From: Trichodelitschia bisporula
Taxonomy: Eukaryota
DNA length: 25,596 nucleotides
Direction of reading: 5' to 3'
Assembly (NCBI GenBank): GCA_010356995.1
Contig: ML996690.1
Span: 1,520,217-1,545,812, forward strand
Shown: piece after piece, positions 22,085 through 25,596 of the stretch
Layout: each line of letters opens with the position of its first letter
Numbering within the stretch: the first letter of the stretch is position 1
Notes under the pieces: model-generated
Databases searched by the model: none
The model's input: only the letters and a program-made list of their open reading frames with translations
What the model was told of the DNA's origin: nothing
Position numbers and translations under genes: made by a program

Positions 22085-22387
22085 GAAGGGCGGTTGATCG
22101 TTGGGGTGGTAGATATTGAATGAGTACTCCCTCAACATCGCAACGCCACCTCCTTGGCTCTCTCCATCGTGTTCAAACGTGAAGAGTCAGTGTCTTTTTT
22201 TAAGGTGCCCGTCCTCTCTCTCAGCCCAATAGATATCGTTTGTTTTCTGCATCTCGCGGAATAGGTTAGGCCCTGCGTCTGCCTTGGCACAGCCTTGAGT
22301 GCTCTGGCGATGTTCAGCTCAGTGCTTCTACCCCGCATTCGTCTCCCTTAATCTTCATCACCTCTCGATTTGTGAAATCGCGTTACC

Positions 22388-25300
22388 ATGCCCGACCATA
22401 CTCCGCGGAAACGCAAGTTTCTTCATCCAAAGAGCATCATTTCCCGATTCCGATCCCGATCACCTGCTGCGCGTCAGCCTTCTGTCGCTGGCTCAGTTGA
22501 TGCTGCCTCCAGTGCCACTGTATCACCGCCCGCCCTCCATCTCGCCCCTTACCCGGACCCGACGCCAAACGCGAATTTGACGCATCCAGTCTCCCACACG
22601 CCATGTGTTCATCCCGATACATGCCCAGGCCCCGCATGTGAACCAACCTCATCGCCGCTAGCCCTTCCCACGCATACCAACGATCTTGTATCCACCCCCA
22701 ATGTATCCACATCTGCCATCACTCTCGCGATCCTGCCAGAGGATACGACACCGGCAGCCTTGACTCACCCAATCCCAAATACATCTCATGTCTCTACGGA
22801 CACAAACCTGGTGCCTGAGCAATCCACTCTGTTGGCGCCTCTCGCTTCCTCTGCATCAATGACATCCCAGCCTGAGCGAGTAACGACTGTCCTGAATCTT
22901 GACCAGGCTTTACTGGCATCCGCAATGAGCCATGTCCAAGATCCCAAGCAACGAGCGGTACTCGAAAGCTACACCCTAGCGACCGCGGAAACGGGCAATT
23001 CGTCATTCCAAGAACTCCTCGACACTGTTCAGTTGAAGCGGGACGAATACCAGAAAAGAAAATGGACCGTCACCCTCAATGACCGTCAGATATACCTATA
23101 CAAAATGGCAGATTCCGTCCTCTGGTGGCTCGACCGGTTCAAGCAAGTCGGGGACATTATGGCAAATGCGGATCCGCTGCACGCTGGTTTGCCATGGGCC
23201 GGAGTTCGTTTCTTACTTCAGGTATGGGTAGTTTGAAACTGCTCAAATGCAATCGGTTCTAACGTCTCCGTAGGCTACCCTTGCTGCGAAAGATGAAATG
23301 GCCGCGCGTCTTGCCGGTATATCGTCTATCCTAGGTATGATGGGCCGGCTAAGAATATATGTTCACCATCTCCGAGGCATGGAGGCTTCGGACGAGCGAG
23401 ACGTCTTCGAAATATCATTGATCAAATTTCACGCTCATATCCTGAAGTTCCTCGCGCAATCCCTTATCGCCTTTCGTCAAAACTCCTTCGCTCGAGCCTT
23501 TGGCGCCGTTTGGCGATCCCCCCAGATCATCAAGTTCGAGGAGGAGTGTGAGAGCCTGGCGCAGGATGTCGACAGGGATGCCAGAAACTGCAAAGAAAGG
23601 AAATGGGACGCTATTCTTGAAGATTTGCAGGAATTGAAGGGCATGCAACAGTCCGTCCAGGCGCTGTCCGACAATGCTGGCCTAAGCACACTTCCCTACG
23701 CCGCTGGCGCTGCTTACCCCTCCGGTGAAGACGAGCATGAACCTCTATGTCTTTTGAACACTCGGGAGGACGTTCTGAACCACATTTCGAACTGGGCTGC
23801 GATCGGGAAACGCATTCTCTGGCTGCACGGCCCTGCTGGGATGGGAAAGTCCACAATCGCTCGTACGGCAGCTCGTCGATTTCTCAAACAAGGCCGGCTG
23901 GGGGCAACATTTTTCTTCAAGCGAGGCGCAGGCGATCGTAGCAATGCAAGTAGGTTTTTCACAACCATCGCGTTTCAGCTGTCGGCCAAGCTGCCTACAG
24001 TGAAGCGACTTTTGGCCAAAGCTATCAAAGATGACCCTAGTATCATTGGCAAGCCCAAGGCGGAACAATTTGAGCGCCTAATCCTTGAACCACTATCCGC
24101 AATGAACAGTCTCTCGTTGCAGGCGTTGCCTCTGATAATTGTCATTGATGCGTTGGATGAGTGCGATAATCAGGACGATGTGAAGCGGCTTCTTCAACTC
24201 TTGGAGCAGTGCACGAGTACGGACGCCACTCGACTACAGATTCTCATTACCAGTCGACCCGAGCTCCCGGTTGATCTTGGGTTCCGTGCTATGTCAAAGG
24301 AGCTACACCACGACGTATCTCTCTATGAAATCCAGGAAAACACCATTCGGGCTGACATAGCCACTTTCTATAAGCATCAGCTTCCGAAAATCGCAGAGGA
24401 ACACAAAAAGGCTTATGGCATCGAATTGCCGCCTAACTGGCCCGGAGCTGAAAGCCTCGAGGACCTGCTCAACATGTCGACTCCTTTATTCATCTTCGCT
24501 GCGACTGTGTGTCTCTTCCTCGCCGACACGGATGCCGATCTCGAAGCGGGTCTTGCCGCCATCTTGAAAGAGAAGCATCAGATTTCCCGTTTAGCTCAAA
24601 CATATCTCCCGATTCTGCGATGGCCGTTATCACGCCCGCGAACAAACCTCAGCGATCACGAAAAGAGACTCAGGATCAAGCAGTTTCGTGAGGCTGTCGG
24701 CCCAATCATTCTACTTGCCAGCCCGCTCTCTACCTCTGCCTTGGCCAAGCTCCTTGGTATCAGGGAGCACGATGTCGTACGCCGACTCAATCCGCTGCGC
24801 TCTGTTTTGAACATTCCAAGAAATAACGACGACCCGGTGACGCTTCTACACTTATCTTTTCGCGAATTCCTTCTGGATGAAGCCTTGGCAGAAGAGTTTT
24901 TGGTGGATGAACAGGAGACACACATGGATTTGGCAAGGATGTGCCTCGAACACATGCGCAAATCTGGACATTTGAGAAAGGATATCTGCAAGGTCCAGGC
25001 GCCAGGAACGCTTCGCGAAGACATTGACGCTCAAACGATCAACAATGCCCTACCTGCCGATGTCCAGTATTCGTGCCGTTACTGGGTTCACCATTTATCA
25101 CTCTGCCCGGATCTTTCGCTATATCGAGGCCAAGTCCTGTCGTTTTTGAAAGGGTACTTCCTGTATTGGCTGGAGGCAATGAGCCTTATGGGAAGAATGC
25201 TCGAGACCGTCAGTGCACTTGACTCACTATGGTTGCTTTTCTCAGTATGATAGCCGTATTCTTTTGCACATCAGTTAACTAACGTGATATGCCAGAATGA

Positions 25301-25596
25301 TGAAGTCGACGAACTTGAAAATTTCCTGTTGGACGCAAAACGGTTCTTGCTTCAGAACGTGTGGATGATCGGACAGGCGCCACTCCAAACCTACATATCC
25401 GCACTCATCTTTGCACCGGAAAGGAGCATCGTTCGAGAACAGTTCCGGATGGAGATACCTTGCTGGATACGCCTACCACCCAAAATGCAAGATTCCTGGG
25501 ATGCCTTGCTGCAGACGCTCGAGGGCCATGAGAATTGGGTCAACGCCGTGGCCTTCTCGCCGGACGGCAAGCAGCTGGCGTCGGCATCGTACGACA
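22388..25596 (+). CDS. NLR-like STAND protein: disordered N-terminus, NACHT_N/Goodbye-like helical domain, NACHT, WD40 repeats (HET-E/NWD-like); 3'-truncated by the window edge
   Basis: Exons 22388-23221, 23274-25244 and 25296 to the window end, with canonical introns of 52 and 51 nt. Motifs: [27 protein letters not shown], Walker A GPAGMGKS, Walker [58 protein letters not shown]. The first WD40 repeat is [29 protein letters not shown]. Confidence 0.93.

Noticed and set aside
18950..22380. Transposon or heavily RIP-mutated region
   Set aside because: No transposase or reverse transcriptase motifs, TIRs or LTRs were seen, and GC content is not visibly depleted.
22388..22860. Amyloid signalling motif at the NLR N-terminus
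   Set aside because: The region is Pro/Thr/Ser-rich with no HRAM, PP or sigma-like N/G/Q pattern, and the upstream gene has no matching C-terminal motif.

Overview
GC-rich filamentous ascomycete (Pezizomycotina-type) genomic DNA with short spliceosomal introns, mostly about 50 nt. Bases 1 to about 18,950 form a compact housekeeping block: BDP1 (5'-truncated), TPI1, TFB2, ADE2, TOA2 (missed by the ORF track), an RNase III, BET4 and a PPC decarboxylase. Two secreted-protein genes are interspersed: an HsbA/Mp1p-like protein with a Gly/Lys-rich tail, and an 8-Cys orphan. From about 19,000 the window looks accessory. It holds a 15-nt minisatellite, two tandem decayed copies of a Ssy5/S64-like chymotrypsin-fold protease gene, and, 303 bp downstream on the same strand, an apparently intact NACHT-WD40 NLR-like gene that runs off the window end. 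The protease-NLR pairing is the best candidate for an undescribed system, but it rests on adjacency only. All calls come from motif recognition by eye; no searches were run.
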